Assembly: GCA_964473155.1 (NCBI GenBank)
Contig: CAYYNT010000009.1
Location: forward strand, 17,121-81,120
DNA length: 64,000 bases
Source: an uncultured Gemmatimonadales bacterium
GTDB taxonomy: Bacteria > Gemmatimonadota > Glassbacteria > GWA2-58-10
Direction of reading: 5' to 3'
The first letter of the stretch is position 1, and each line of letters begins with the position of its first letter. Position numbers and translations under genes: made by a program. A model generated the notes under the pieces. That model did no database searches. It saw only the letters and a list, made by a program, of their open reading frames with translations, and was not told the origin of the DNA. Of this stretch, positions 39,810 to 51,025 are shown in pieces.

Positions 39810-41336
39810 TCACGCGGACATGCACTGAGAGGCTCCCGAGGTGGCGAACCGCATTATTTCCAGCTCTGTCCATTCCCTGACCTGACGGGCCGGGCTGAGT
39901 TCACCACGGTGCATCACGGCCAGTCTGTCGCAGACGCCGAGCAGTTCCGGCAGATAGGATGAGACTACCACTACCGCCTTGCCCTCGGCTGCCAGGCTGT
40001 CGATTAGACGGTATATCTCGACCTTGCTGCCCACGTCCACCCCGCGGGTCGGCTCATCCAGAAGGATTATCCCGTTGCCGCGTTCGAGAATCCGGGCGAA
40101 CGCAACTTTCTGCTGGTTCCCGCCCGAAAGGCCGCTCACTGTCTGATCCACGCCCAGGCAACGGATATTGAGCTCGCGGATCCAGCGCTCGACTGAAACA
40201 CGCTCGCGGTTCAGTCTCATCAGTCCCCAGCCGCGCGGCCTGGCATAGCGGCCGACAGAGGACAGAGTTGCGTTGAACCTGACCGGCAGGCGCTGGGCCA
40301 GCCCCTCGTCCTTGCGGTCCTCGCTCAGGAAATCGATTCCAAAACCCAGCGCAGATGACGGATCAAGACTCTCAACATGCAGCGCCGCTCCGTTTTCCAG
40401 GTGCAGCGTCCCCCCGGATGAGCGGTCCAGGCCGAATATACGGCGCAGAAGCTCGCTGCGCCCGGCCCCGACAAGTCCGAAAATCCCGAGCACTTCACCC
40501 CGGCGCAGTTCGAGCCGCATGGTTATTTCCCGGTTTCGGGGCGAGGTTTCTTCCATTTCCAGAACGACTCCGCCGATCTTGCGCTCGGACCGCGGGAACA
40601 TCTCGGTCAGGCTGCGGCCGACCATCATGCGTATGATCTCCGGCAGCGAGGTTTCGCTCATCCGGCCGCTGCCTGCCACCCGTCCATCGCGCAGGACAGT
40701 GTACGAATCCGCTATCTCCCGCACTTCCTCCAGGAAATGGCTGATATAGATCACCGCCACCCCGGAGTCCCTGAGCCTTCGGATCACCGCGAACAGCGCC
40801 TCCTTGTCCGGCGCGGCCAGCGAACTGGTCGGCTCGTCCATTATTATTACTTTAGCCACGCAGAGCAGGGACCGGGCGATCTCGACTATCTGCTGCAACC
40901 CGACTGCCAGCGTGCCGGCTTTTGCCTCAAGGGACAGGTCCGGGTGCTGAAGAAGGGCCAGCACCTCGGCGATCCGGCCACGCTGGTTGCGGACAAAGCC
41001 CCAGGAGGAGCGCTCCACCCCCAGGGTCAGGTTCTCCTCGACCGAAAGGTGCGGGGCCAGGTTCAGTTCCTGGTAGATCATGCCGATACCCAGCCTGCGT
41101 CCCTCGGACGGCGAGCCGATCAGCCGGGCCTGCCCATCAAGAAGGATATCGCCACTGCTGGCCTGGTGCACCCCGCTGAGGATTTTCATCAGGGTGCTCT
41201 TGCCCGCGCCGTTCTCGCCGATCAGGGCGTGCACCTCTCCCCGGCGGACTTTCAGGTCCACGCCGTCCAGAGCGCGTGTCGCCCCGAAAGACTTGCAGAT
41301 GCCTTTCAGTTCAAGAATGTAATCCGTGTCCGCCAT
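39810..41336 (-). CDS. Sugar ABC transporter ATP-binding protein with duplicated ATPase domains (RbsA/MglA-like)
   Basis: Two sets of Walker A/B and LSGG signature motifs are present (GENGAGKSTLMK ... LSGGNQQK ... DEPT and a second set). The size is ~508 aa. Confidence 0.8.
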   Translation of the reverse strand: MADTDYILELKGICKSFGATRALDGVDLKVRRGEVHALIGENGAGKSTLMKILSGVHQASSGDILLDGQARLIGSPSEGRRLGIGMIYQELNLAPHLSVEENLTLGVERSSWGFVRNQRGRIAEVLALLQHPDLSLEAKAGTLAVGLQQIVEIARSLLCVAKVIIMDEPTSSLAAPDKEALFAVIRRLRDSGVAVIYISHFLEEVREIADSYTVLRDGRVAGSGRMSETSLPEIIRMMVGRSLTEMFPRSERKIGGVVLEMEETSPRNREITMRLELRRGEVLGIFGLVGAGRSELLRRIFGLDRSSGGTLHLENGAALHVESLDPSSALGFGIDFLSEDRKDEGLAQRLPVRFNATLSSVGRYARPRGWGLMRLNRERVSVERWIRELNIRCLGVDQTVSGLSGGNQQKVAFARILERGNGIILLDEPTRGVDVGSKVEIYRLIDSLAAEGKAVVVVSSYLPELLGVCDRLAVMHRGELSPARQVREWTELEIMRFATSGASQCMSA

Positions 41337-41361
41337 CCGATATTTCCGAGGAGAATAACGC

Positions 41362-42351
41362 TCACATGCCGGAAAGGTCAGGATTGACCAGCTTGCTAAT
41401 CTCCGGCGAATCCAGGTTATCCAGGCGCACCACGGCCAGGTTGGTGCTGATCCGCTCCGGCACTGCCTCGCCCTTTATCGCGGCGACAGCAGTTTTCACA
41501 CCCTGATAGCCCATATCGAACGGGTCCTGTGAGATAAGTGCCTGGATCGTCCCGGCGCGAAGGCCGTCGAGAAGGCCCCCGCTGGTGTCGAACCCCACGA
41601 AACTGATCTTGCCCGCCAGGCCCGAGTTCTCCAGAGCGCGCATCATACCGAACGTGCTGGACTCGTTGGGGCAGAATATGCCCTGAATTTCGCCGCCGAA
41701 CTTGTTAAGCAGTATCTGCGAGGCCTCCATGGCCGCCTGCTTTGTCACCCCGGCGTACTGATTGTCAGAGACCATCCGGATATCCGGAAAACTGGCTTTC
41801 ATCTCGTCCAGGAAACCCCGCTCGCGGTTGTCCGTGCTGGCCGAGCCCGGATTGTAGCGCAACATGATCGCCTTGCCCTTGCCGCCCATCATACGGCCCA
41901 GCTCGCGGGCCGCATCGCGCCCGCCCTGAAGGTTGTCCGTGGCGACAAAGCTTCTCTGGGCCGTGGATTTTAGGTCCGAGTCGATAATCACCACCGGGAT
42001 ATTGCGTTTGGCGGCCAGCTCCACGGGTGCCACCAGGGCCACCTCGTCCAGGGGCGCCAGGACTATCGCATCCACATGCCCGGCGATAAAATTCTGCACC
42101 ACATCTATCTGCTGCTTGCGGTCGTCCTCGTTTTCCGGCCCGATCCACTGGATTTCCATATCCGCCTCGGACGCTGCCCGCGCGGCCCCGGCGTGAACCG
42201 CTTTCCAGAACGGCTGGGCCGTTCCCTTGGGGATCACGGCAATACGCTTACGGCCTGGAGCAGCGGCCCGGTCTCCAGTCTGTTCACCGCCGGGGCTGCA
42301 GCCCAGGGCTGCCAGGAGCAGAAGCAGGACCGCCCGATATTTTAAAGACAT
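41362..42351 (-). CDS. Periplasmic sugar-binding lipoprotein (RbsB-like, Peripla_BP_4)
   Basis: Lipoprotein signal LLLLLAALGCSPG, then a type-I periplasmic binding protein pattern (IAVIPKG..QPFW..V..GA..AA...). The ATG (MSLKY) has a GAGGAG RBS. Confidence 0.7.
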   Translation of the reverse strand: MSLKYRAVLLLLLAALGCSPGGEQTGDRAAAPGRKRIAVIPKGTAQPFWKAVHAGAARAASEADMEIQWIGPENEDDRKQQIDVVQNFIAGHVDAIVLAPLDEVALVAPVELAAKRNIPVVIIDSDLKSTAQRSFVATDNLQGGRDAARELGRMMGGKGKAIMLRYNPGSASTDNRERGFLDEMKASFPDIRMVSDNQYAGVTKQAAMEASQILLNKFGGEIQGIFCPNESSTFGMMRALENSGLAGKISFVGFDTSGGLLDGLRAGTIQALISQDPFDMGYQGVKTAVAAIKGEAVPERISTNLAVVRLDNLDSPEISKLVNPDLSGM

Positions 42352-42462
42352 ACGGAACTCCTCTATTTTAATCGGCATAAACGGAACAGTTGAGGACTGG
42401 TGTCCCAGGAATAAGGACATCTCTGTCTTGTCGTGATTCAAAAATAAGATTGAAAAGACCTT

Positions 42463-45400
42463 TCACTCCCGTTCGCTGTCAAGCACCTTCCGGACCTTGT
42501 CAGCCAACTCTTTCATCGCGAACGGCTTCTGGATGAAATGCACACCTTCATCGAGAACCCCGTGGTGCGCGATTACATTTGCGGTATAGCCCGACATGAA
42601 AAGCCGCTTTATTCCGGGATACAAGGACAGCACTCTTTTTGCCAGATCGCGGCCGTTCATTTCTGGCATGATGACATCCGTGATCAGAAGGTGGATTTCG
42701 CCGGCATGCAACTCGGCCAGCCGGATTGCCTCGCCGGGTGTGGAGGCGGCCAGTACTTCATAGCCGAGACTCAACAGCATTCTCTGGCCCAGGTGCAGAA
42801 ATTCGGGTTCATCCTCCACCAGAAGGATACTTTCCCGGCCATGCGGGACAGGAGAAACAGGCCGCTCTTTCTGGAACTCCTCAGTCTTGGCCATATACCT
42901 GGGCAGATAAATCTTGAAAGTAGTGCCCCGTCCCAGTTCGCTGTACACATTTATGCAGCCGTTATTCTGCTTGACAATACCGTATACGGTAGCCAGCCCC
43001 AGCCCGGTGCCCTTGCCGATCTCCTTGGTCGTGAAAAACGGCTCGAACAGTTTGTCCTGCGTCTCTCTGTCCATCCCGCAACCGTTGTCGCTCAAGGATA
43101 GAACTACGTACTCCCCAGGTATATAGCCTGCATGATCCCTGCAATATGCCTCATCCAGCACGGCATTGTCCGTCTCGATAGTGATCTGGCCCACCCCAGC
43201 GATGGCGTCTCTCGCATTTACGCATAGATTGGCAAGAATCTGGTCTATCTGGCTGGGGTCCATCTTAATCGGTGACACTCTCGCTCCGGGGATCCAGGTA
43301 AGCTCTATGTCCTCACCGATCAAACGCCTCAGCATCTTGAGCATCCCCTCGACAGTCTCGTTCAGGTCGAGCACCTTTGGCGCGACAGTCTGTCTGCGGG
43401 CGAAAGCCAGCAGTTGCCTGGTCAGATTGGCCGAGCGCTCGGCGGCTTTCCGGATTTCCTGTATGTCGGCATAGAGAGGTTCCGAGGGATCGATCAGTTC
43501 CAATGCCAGCTCTGAATGACCGATAATAATCCCCAGCATATTGTTGAAATCGTGGGCCACTCCACCCGCCAGCCGCCCAACGGACTCCATTTTCTGCGCC
43601 TGGTTAAGCTGCGCCTGAAGCTTTTCCTTTTCCCGCTCGGCCTGTTTATGCTCTGTAACATCATGGATGATGAAATGAAGCAGGGCCTGACCTTTGACAT
43701 CGATTACGCTTGTATAGACCGCCACATCTCTGATCGAGCCATCGGCCAGCCGGTGCTGGAATTCAAAATAAATTCGCTTCTGCTCCCTGGCTTTCTCAAT
43801 CTCAGCTTTGACCAGTTCCGGAGAAATAGTGTTGATATCCTGAATAAACATCTGTCTGAGCTTTTCTTCCGGCCAGCCATAAAACCGCACCGCAGCTTCA
43901 TTGGCCTCGACAATTCTACCGTCCGCCGGATCGATGATCAGCTTGACGGCTGAGTGCTTATGGAAAAGATGGCGAAACTTTTCTTCGCTTTCTTTCAGTT
44001 CCTCTTCCGCCCGTTTACGCTCTGTTATATCGAAAATGAAGGCGACAAATACCGGATACCCTTCAGTCATCAACTGCAGGTGAATCTCCACCGGGTATAG
44101 TGTTTTATCCTTCCGGCGATGAAAAGTCTTGAAAACAATCACTTTTTCCTTGCCGGTCCGCAGCGGAGCAATCAGCCGGTCGAACATTTCAACCGTGAAT
44201 TCCGGTTTCAGGTCCAGGGGCGTCATTCCGCGCAGTTCATCAATCGTGTATCCCAGGTTTTCGCGCGCCCCCTGATTCACATTTATGAAACGAAGTGTTT
44301 CGGAATCGAAAATATAGATTTCATTGAGAGAAGACTCTATCAGGCGGCTGAAACGTACTATTTCCTGCTCTGTCCGTTTGCGCTCGGTTATGTCGCGCCA
44401 GATGCACTGGTAAACAGGTTCTCCCATTACATCTACAATTTGAGCTGTGACATGGACGTTCCTTGTCTCTCCCTGACTGGTGCGCTGCAGGGTCTCGAAA
44501 TCCGTCTTACCGTTCTGGATCACCCGCGCAATATGCTCCTGCGTATCTCCGGCTGTTTCCCTGGCTTCTATATCCGATATCTTCAGTTGCGCAAATTCTT
44601 CGCGGGTATATCCAAGCTGAGCGTGCGCCGCGGTGTTGAATTCAAGAAATCCTCCAGTGGACGTATCTATAATCAGAATACCGTCAGGAGATTGTTCGAA
44701 CAGCGTCCGTCTGCGGATTGATTGTTTTTCGAGTTCCTTTTCCGTCTTTTTGCGTTCAGTGATGTCCTTGGATGAACACATCACTGAAATAATTTCTCCT
44801 GCAACATCTTTTATCGGAGTTATCGTAGTCACGTAATACCGGTCAAAATCCGGGCGTGAAGCGTGTACTTCCATGATTTTTACCTCGCCGCTGCGAAGCA
44901 CCTCTTCAACGGATTCTGAACATCTATCCGCTTCCTTCTCTGAAAGAACGTCCCGGATTCTTTTCCCGATGACACTGTCGACCGCGACACCCACGCTTTC
45001 AGCAAAGGCTTTGTTGGCGTAGCTGTATTTCCCTTCAGGCGTCATAGAAAAAATCGGATCGGATGATTCCTCAAGAAGGAGCCGATGTTTCTCCTCGCTC
45101 TCACGCAACGCATTAATGTAGTGGATGGTATCTATCTGCTCCGACAGTATTTTGCCGGAAAGGATCGTCGCCAGCGGGTACAGCAATATCACAGGCAGGC
45201 CGATATGCTTTATTACAGTCACCCCCGCACCATCAGGCAGAGTGAACATCAGAGCAAGCATTGCCAGGTGAACAGCCAGACCGAACAGATATAGATTTTG
45301 CGAGGATGGAGATTTGACTTGAAGCTTTAGAAGGCCTCGAACCAGCAGTCCAATCAAGACCGATGAAAGAATAACCAGAATACCGGTCAGCAAGCCTGCG

Positions 45401-45690
45401 CCACCAATTAGAATTCGGCAGGCCACGGTCATTGCGCTCGATATAATTCCAGCCCAGGGACCGAAGTACAAAGCACAAAGGCTGACCATGACCGAACGGC
45501 CGTCAAATATCAGACCGGGGCCCATATTAAGCGGCCGAAGCATTCCTAACACCGCGCTCCCGCCGAATAAAAGACCCTGCAGTATGACTCCAGACAATGT
45601 GTTCCGCGGCCAGCGCTTTACGATGAAATTTGAAACTATGCTGAGAGCCACCAGCAATGCCAGGTTGAGCACCAAATCGAGATAAACCAT
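42463..45690 (-). CDS. Hybrid sensor kinase: N-terminal 5TMR-LYT membrane domain, multiple PAS domains, HisKA/HATPase_c and C-terminal receiver
   Basis: Five TM helices at the N-terminus, of the LytS-YhcK type. At least four PAS-like segments follow (repeated ...ITERK..E.E...). H-box VAHDFNNML, then N, G1 and G2 boxes. The terminal REC has VIMPEMNG. Confidence 0.8.
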   Translation of the reverse strand: MVYLDLVLNLALLVALSIVSNFIVKRWPRNTLSGVILQGLLFGGSAVLGMLRPLNMGPGLIFDGRSVMVSLCALYFGPWAGIISSAMTVACRILIGGAGLLTGILVILSSVLIGLLVRGLLKLQVKSPSSQNLYLFGLAVHLAMLALMFTLPDGAGVTVIKHIGLPVILLYPLATILSGKILSEQIDTIHYINALRESEEKHRLLLEESSDPIFSMTPEGKYSYANKAFAESVGVAVDSVIGKRIRDVLSEKEADRCSESVEEVLRSGEVKIMEVHASRPDFDRYYVTTITPIKDVAGEIISVMCSSKDITERKKTEKELEKQSIRRRTLFEQSPDGILIIDTSTGGFLEFNTAAHAQLGYTREEFAQLKISDIEARETAGDTQEHIARVIQNGKTDFETLQRTSQGETRNVHVTAQIVDVMGEPVYQCIWRDITERKRTEQEIVRFSRLIESSLNEIYIFDSETLRFINVNQGARENLGYTIDELRGMTPLDLKPEFTVEMFDRLIAPLRTGKEKVIVFKTFHRRKDKTLYPVEIHLQLMTEGYPVFVAFIFDITERKRAEEELKESEEKFRHLFHKHSAVKLIIDPADGRIVEANEAAVRFYGWPEEKLRQMFIQDINTISPELVKAEIEKAREQKRIYFEFQHRLADGSIRDVAVYTSVIDVKGQALLHFIIHDVTEHKQAEREKEKLQAQLNQAQKMESVGRLAGGVAHDFNNMLGIIIGHSELALELIDPSEPLYADIQEIRKAAERSANLTRQLLAFARRQTVAPKVLDLNETVEGMLKMLRRLIGEDIELTWIPGARVSPIKMDPSQIDQILANLCVNARDAIAGVGQITIETDNAVLDEAYCRDHAGYIPGEYVVLSLSDNGCGMDRETQDKLFEPFFTTKEIGKGTGLGLATVYGIVKQNNGCINVYSELGRGTTFKIYLPRYMAKTEEFQKERPVSPVPHGRESILLVEDEPEFLHLGQRMLLSLGYEVLAASTPGEAIRLAELHAGEIHLLITDVIMPEMNGRDLAKRVLSLYPGIKRLFMSGYTANVIAHHGVLDEGVHFIQKPFAMKELADKVRKVLDSERE

Positions 45691-46141
45691 CCGTCACTTT
45701 TCCTGACTTTGATTGGTTTATTAGCTCTATTTTGAGATATCTTATATTTTTTTGATCAAATCCACCTTTTAAATAATATTGCACTGACAGATACATAGTA
45801 AAGAAATTCCATGCAATTGACTATTCCCCGCGTTAGAACCGCGAGGCATCACGTCAATTCGCCGCCACTTAGTGACACAGAAATCTCCAAAACCTAAAAA
45901 CATATTCAGCTCGATAGCATGGGCAGGCAGGCGGCCAGCGCATGTCACCCATTGGATTTAGCTCCGCTGCTTGCGCTTGACAAGCATTTAGCGCTTTACA
46001 GCCGGAAACCTCCGGATTGGTTGCTCCCCGGCCGGGTTGCTTTAGTCCAGAACGACTGCACCGGGCCGCGGTATTGACCACACATACCGCGGCTAACGCG
46101 TATATCCTGAACCATCCGGCGGAACGCCGGTTCTGGTGACG

Positions 46142-48397
46142 TCAACTGCCTTGAATCTCAAGCAGTTTTTCCTCTATTCTACGGCGCCACTGGTCCATTT
46201 TTCCGTTGTCCTGGGCCGAATACCAGAAATCCGTCACCGTGCTGCTTCCGCGCAGCCCCATTGAATCGTGGATTTCCGCATACAGTTTCGAGAGGAAATC
46301 CCCGATGTCCACCCCCCTGGCCGTTGCCTCACGCTTGAGAGTCTCAAGCAGACGGCGCTCGTCCCAGGCCTCCGAGAGCCCCATCATATAAGGCGTGGGA
46401 ATTATATCGAAAGGTGTGTTCCAGACACAGATCCAGTTTTCGCCCTCGAGCGTGTCGAAACGGTTGCCCCAGTTGTAAGCCCAGACCAGGGAGCCCACGC
46501 TTCCGTTGGCAGCGAAATAATAACCGAACGTATAACGCGCCCGGCCTGGCAGGCCGGCATCTCCCGTGCCGCTGTATTCCCAGAACTCCACCCCGGCGTC
46601 CCTGACCTGGCCGGGCAGGACGGGGTTCTCGTGCGTCGCGTTAGTGCAGAAAACATCCAGATAAGGCAGAAAATCAATACCGCCTTTGTAATGGTGTATG
46701 TCACCGCTGATAATAAAGTCGCTGTTGCCTTCTTTGAGCAGGTTTCTCATATCTATGAAATGCGACTTTATAAATGTCAGCGTATCGGTATATGCGCGCA
46801 TCTGCTCCCAGCGCCTGGCGCTCTGGATCCACTTGGCTGGCTCATCGAACGGAGTGACATTGAGCTTTGGCCAGTTGTTCGCCAAAGCATGCTCGCGGAC
46901 CCGTCCCGCCCACTCCACCACCAGGGGCCTCAGCCTGCTGTTCACCGAATCAGGCTTCTCCCAGAGCAGCGCGTCCGCACCCTTCTGATCCAGCCCTAAC
47001 GCGGCCATGGCCAGGGTCTGTTCGAGCTTCATCGTGCGGGGGAAACCGTACGGATTTTCGCCGAGGAACCAGAATATGTAATTGATGTCATTGCCGCGGC
47101 AGGCCTTCATGAACAGATCGAACCCGCGCCAGTCGAACTCGAAACCGCCGTCCCCGGTCCCTTTCAGTTCAGGCCTCGCGCTGAAATACCAGGGGATGAC
47201 GCAGTTGTGATTGTAGCGGCCGAGGCGCTCGATCTCATGGTAAGGAAGCAGCCCGCGGGTGCAATTTCCGAGAGTAAGCCCCGCCTCGTTCATGGTCAGA
47301 AGCTTTATCGGCAGGATTTCCAGTTTCAGGGGCACTGTCACCGGATCCGCATTCGCCGCGCTTATCACGATCCGGGTGACGTACTCCCCGGCCCTGGCGC
47401 CCTCTGCACCGGCTGTGTTTATCTCGAGCCACACGGCATGGCTTCTGGATTGCGGCACATCGAACTTATAAGACGGCCAAAGCCGCTGTGGAAATGGTTT
47501 CACCGGCAGAATACTGTCGTTCGTCCGCACCAGAGCGTATTCCACCACCCGGACACCGCACAGAGCGACAACGCTCCCGTCCGCGGCCTTTATTTCGCCG
47601 ACAGTCACCGCTACCCCGCTCAAATCCTTTCCGTTCGCATATACACCTATCTGTGCCAGTTCAATCTCGTTAAGGCTCTGACGGACCCGGAGAGTGTCGG
47701 GGATCTCCCCCTGCTGAGGCGCGGCGATATTCACCAGGGGGTCCATCCAGCTCCGGGCGAACGGAACTATCGCGCTCCGCGACCACGCCTCCGGAATGAC
47801 AGGTTTCTGAGCGTACTCATAATACTTTTCCGGAACGGATTCACGGCGCTGGACCCTTTCCACCCAGGCGCGGGTCTCCGCATTGTACCTCTCCTCATCC
47901 CCCGGCTCGCTCTCGACCAGTCTGGCCGAACGCACGCTCAGTTCACCTTCGCGGCTCAGAAGGCGGAACCTGGCGGTCGAATCCGGTTCGCAGAGCGCCA
48001 GGAATCCACTCTCGCATGGTATCCTGACCGTTTTCCACTGATTGTCGTTCAGCCCGCCGAAACGGTGCAGTTCGCTGTAGCGCACGCTCACATCCAACTG
48101 GCTGAATACCTGGGCGATTATCGGCCGGGTGACATTGTCGAGGTATTCAACTTCCAGGTTGAAATGATAGCGCCCGGAGGGCCTGTAGCCCTCCCACCAC
48201 GCGGCAGCTTCAAGGGTAATCGATTTTCCCTTGTACATCTCGGCATACTCATCGCCTTCCGAACCATCTCCCGAAACGGAAGAAAGCTCGACCGGAAATA
48301 TTTTTCCATCGGCATTCCGGGAAGTCTTACCGCCACAGGAGGCATTCAGCAGAACGAGAAAAATCATAACACTTAGTGCGATAAACCTGCTGTTCAT
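46142..48397 (-). CDS. Large secreted lipoprotein of unknown function (possible glycoside-hydrolase-like TIM-barrel protein)
   Basis: Lipoprotein signal MNSRFIALSVMIFLVLLNASCGG (the ATG has a GGAGGG RBS). The 750-aa mature protein has no motif I can assign. Its aromatic/acidic-rich C-terminal half is reminiscent of carbohydrate-active enzymes. Confidence 0.5.
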   Translation of the reverse strand: MNSRFIALSVMIFLVLLNASCGGKTSRNADGKIFPVELSSVSGDGSEGDEYAEMYKGKSITLEAAAWWEGYRPSGRYHFNLEVEYLDNVTRPIIAQVFSQLDVSVRYSELHRFGGLNDNQWKTVRIPCESGFLALCEPDSTARFRLLSREGELSVRSARLVESEPGDEERYNAETRAWVERVQRRESVPEKYYEYAQKPVIPEAWSRSAIVPFARSWMDPLVNIAAPQQGEIPDTLRVRQSLNEIELAQIGVYANGKDLSGVAVTVGEIKAADGSVVALCGVRVVEYALVRTNDSILPVKPFPQRLWPSYKFDVPQSRSHAVWLEINTAGAEGARAGEYVTRIVISAANADPVTVPLKLEILPIKLLTMNEAGLTLGNCTRGLLPYHEIERLGRYNHNCVIPWYFSARPELKGTGDGGFEFDWRGFDLFMKACRGNDINYIFWFLGENPYGFPRTMKLEQTLAMAALGLDQKGADALLWEKPDSVNSRLRPLVVEWAGRVREHALANNWPKLNVTPFDEPAKWIQSARRWEQMRAYTDTLTFIKSHFIDMRNLLKEGNSDFIISGDIHHYKGGIDFLPYLDVFCTNATHENPVLPGQVRDAGVEFWEYSGTGDAGLPGRARYTFGYYFAANGSVGSLVWAYNWGNRFDTLEGENWICVWNTPFDIIPTPYMMGLSEAWDERRLLETLKREATARGVDIGDFLSKLYAEIHDSMGLRGSSTVTDFWYSAQDNGKMDQWRRRIEEKLLEIQGS

Positions 48398-48486
48398 ACA
48401 ACCCTCCAGGAAATATTCCGGTTCAAACGAGTTTCCCTCCGGCACGGAAGCAGGCGGGATAATATTTATCTGCCAGTCGGTTCAGT

Positions 48487-50406
48487 TCAGCGGCGCGGCC
48501 CCCAGACAGGAGTCTCGGCTCCGCGCTCCAGGGCGCCCAGGTCCGGAGCGCTTCCGGTGAAATCATCGTTCACGTTGGGCAGGACCACCCCGCGATCCAC
48601 CGCCGGGGCGCCCGCTCGCAACGAGAAATCATAATCCCGGCTGAAATACACGGCCATCGGCTTTTCCGGATCGGGCCGGGACACGTTCTCAAAGATGTCA
48701 TAATCCACTTCCATTCCATGGCTTTCCTGACCTGTGGCGGCGCGGAACTCCGCCAGCGTTGCAAAACGCTTGAACTCCTCCCGCCGCTCCAGCTCGTAGT
48801 CACGCAGAACTCCCGCGGCAGGAGCCTTCCAGAAAAACTGCGCCCCGCCCGCGCGGTTCGGCCTGTAACCGTTGTAATCCAGCGTGCTGTAGATGGTATT
48901 CGTGCAGAGACGGAACAACTCGCGGCCGGGCGCGTCCGTGCCAAGGAAAAGGTTGTTGCGGAAATGAGCGTTGCTGTAGCCCGCCGGGTTGCGGTTCTCG
49001 GCCACAATCGTATTGTGATACAGCAACAGGCCCGCGGGCTGGACCTTGAACTTGAAAGCCATGCCCCAGGGAACATTATAAAGGATATTGCGGATATAGT
49101 AGGCCGGGCCGCCGTAAACCGGCTGGGCGCTCAGGCCGCACTGGGCCGAGTTGAAGCAGCGGTTGCGCAGCACGCGTATATTGTGCACTCCGCCGTCCGC
49201 CTCGATAAAATCATCGGTCATCAGGTGGATGTCGTTGTTGTAGAAATCGATGGCCGTGTCGCGCAGCGACGGGTCAGGGTCCGGGCTGCCGTGGGTGCAG
49301 ACACAGATCGCGTCATGGAACCAGGCGATATGGTTGTGGCAGACCACGTGCCCCTGGCCATAGACTTTGACCGCGTAATAGCTCTTGAGCGGGCTTGCCC
49401 CGTAGGAGCCTGGATCGTACCAGCCGATCAGGCGGTTGCGGTCGTCCCGGCCGAGCATGACATTGTCCGAGATCAGGAAATCGCGCGATCCGGCAAACTG
49501 GGTCGTGACCGCTATCCCCACCTCCTCCATCCGGCAGTGCCGGACGGTCAGGCCGCTGCACCCGGCCACGTCCTTGAGGCCCGCGTAGAAAGCGATATCG
49601 CAGTTCACTATTGTCAGGTTTTCGAAGATATGGTAGTCCGCGGCCATGACATCGAACAGGCGGTAGCAGCCCGCGCCGTCGAAAATGACCTCACCGTCGC
49701 CCGCCGCGCGTATCACTATAGGCCGCTCGGGCGTGCCCTTGGCTGTCAGGACATACGCGCCGTGGAAATCCAGGCCCAGCGGATCGCTGTAGCTTAAGCG
49801 ATCGGCCCTGTAGCGCCCGGCATGCATCAGGATGACGTCGCCGGGGCGCACCTTGCGCTCGCTCACCACGGCCCAATCTCCGCCGCCGGCGCCCTGGTAG
49901 GCGGACATGAGTCCGGTGAACGACGGCTCCGTGCGCGGGCCTTCCCAGTCCGGGGGATAGACATGCAGCACTCGACCGCCCGCCGCGGCTTTCGGCTCAG
50001 CGCGGGTCCGGAGGCGCACGGTCTTTTCCGCCTCCCCTCGCACGCCGTCCGGGTCGGTCAGGCGCAGACGGCACTCATACTCTGCGCCCGGCTCCAGGTC
50101 GAACAGACTGCCCGCGAACATATCCGGGGCCGTGTAGTCGATAAAATCCTCTTCGGCGAACGTGCGCTCGTTGTCTATCCGCAACAGGGGCAATCCCTCG
50201 CGCCAGCCGTTCTCGCCAGCTTTGCGGTAATGAAGCGAAACCGCGCTGTTGCGGTTGTCATCCCCGGCGATAGCCCACTCGAAACCCAGGCAGATCAGTG
50301 TCGGACGCTCCAGCTTCAGCTCACCCGCGGTCACGCGGTCCTCAGCCGGAAGGATAACGCTTGATAGAAGAATGAGTATTGAAACGAGGGCCGGCGCTGA
50401 ATTCAT
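48487..50406 (-). CDS. Secreted right-handed parallel beta-helix repeat protein (pectate-lyase-fold; putative polysaccharide lyase/hydrolase)
   Basis: Signal peptide, then many short repeats with N/D/G/I/V periodicity (e.g. NLTIVNCDIAFYAG..., HNHIAWFHDAI..., YNNDIHLMTDDFIEADGG) typical of pectin-lyase-fold beta-helices. Confidence 0.6.
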   Translation of the reverse strand: MNSAPALVSILILLSSVILPAEDRVTAGELKLERPTLICLGFEWAIAGDDNRNSAVSLHYRKAGENGWREGLPLLRIDNERTFAEEDFIDYTAPDMFAGSLFDLEPGAEYECRLRLTDPDGVRGEAEKTVRLRTRAEPKAAAGGRVLHVYPPDWEGPRTEPSFTGLMSAYQGAGGGDWAVVSERKVRPGDVILMHAGRYRADRLSYSDPLGLDFHGAYVLTAKGTPERPIVIRAAGDGEVIFDGAGCYRLFDVMAADYHIFENLTIVNCDIAFYAGLKDVAGCSGLTVRHCRMEEVGIAVTTQFAGSRDFLISDNVMLGRDDRNRLIGWYDPGSYGASPLKSYYAVKVYGQGHVVCHNHIAWFHDAICVCTHGSPDPDPSLRDTAIDFYNNDIHLMTDDFIEADGGVHNIRVLRNRCFNSAQCGLSAQPVYGGPAYYIRNILYNVPWGMAFKFKVQPAGLLLYHNTIVAENRNPAGYSNAHFRNNLFLGTDAPGRELFRLCTNTIYSTLDYNGYRPNRAGGAQFFWKAPAAGVLRDYELERREEFKRFATLAEFRAATGQESHGMEVDYDIFENVSRPDPEKPMAVYFSRDYDFSLRAGAPAVDRGVVLPNVNDDFTGSAPDLGALERGAETPVWGPRR

Positions 50407-50763
50407 GTGAACCTCCCGGGGTTCTTGCCGTCAGTGCATATAAAAACCAGGTGGGATTACTCTCCGGATGCCTGCTGGAAATCTGCCCGAAACAGAAAGA
50501 CCGGGTGTTCTGACCGGTGAAAAATTTAATCGCCGAGATACATTAGGACAGAACCTGCCAAAGCGGTAATGCGGTTGCAATGTCCATATCGTAAACGTTG
50601 ATTCGGGGAAATCTCAGAGACAACCTGAACATCCGGTGATACGACAGGACACGGCAGCCAGCCGAGGCTGGCGAGCTGCGACCGCTGTGTAAAAAACTGT
50701 AAGACAGATATTGAGAAGAGCACGGATTAAGGCAACCAGAACGCTTCAACAGCGAGGTAAATC

Positions 50764-50791
50764 AGTCGCTCAACAATGAGCGACTTTTTTC
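50764..50791 (+). terminator. Orphan plus-strand rho-independent terminator/attenuator in the leader of the envelope-module operon
   Basis: agtcgctc / gagcgact is a perfect 8-bp stem with a 6-nt loop, followed by tttttt. No plus-strand coding gene lies upstream (the nearest upstream gene is on the minus strand, ending ~360 nt away). Confidence 0.5.
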
Positions 50792-51025
50792 TACCGGGGA
50801 ATTTATGCTGTCACCTTGCTTTCGCAATCAAAAACAATATTCGAGCCGTTCTATCAATCCCCTGCAACAGGCGTCGAAGGTAAAAGTGAAAAGGTGAAGA
50901 ATAGAGCCGGAGGTGTCAAATCAGTTGCTTTTCCCGGCACATGTCTCTTAATTTCAAATGATGCCTGTATAATATGTGTTCTGATAACTGTCTGTATATG
51001 TTCTCCAATTCAGCCTGTGCGGCTT

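Noticed and set aside
50560-50720. Possible cobalamin riboswitch (GGGAA ... GGTGA ... CGCTGTG elements) in the leader
   Set aside because: The spacing between elements does not fit the consensus. No B12-box (AGYCMGgAgaCCkGCc) was seen. The downstream genes are not a typical B12 regulon. I kept only the generic leader/terminator finding.
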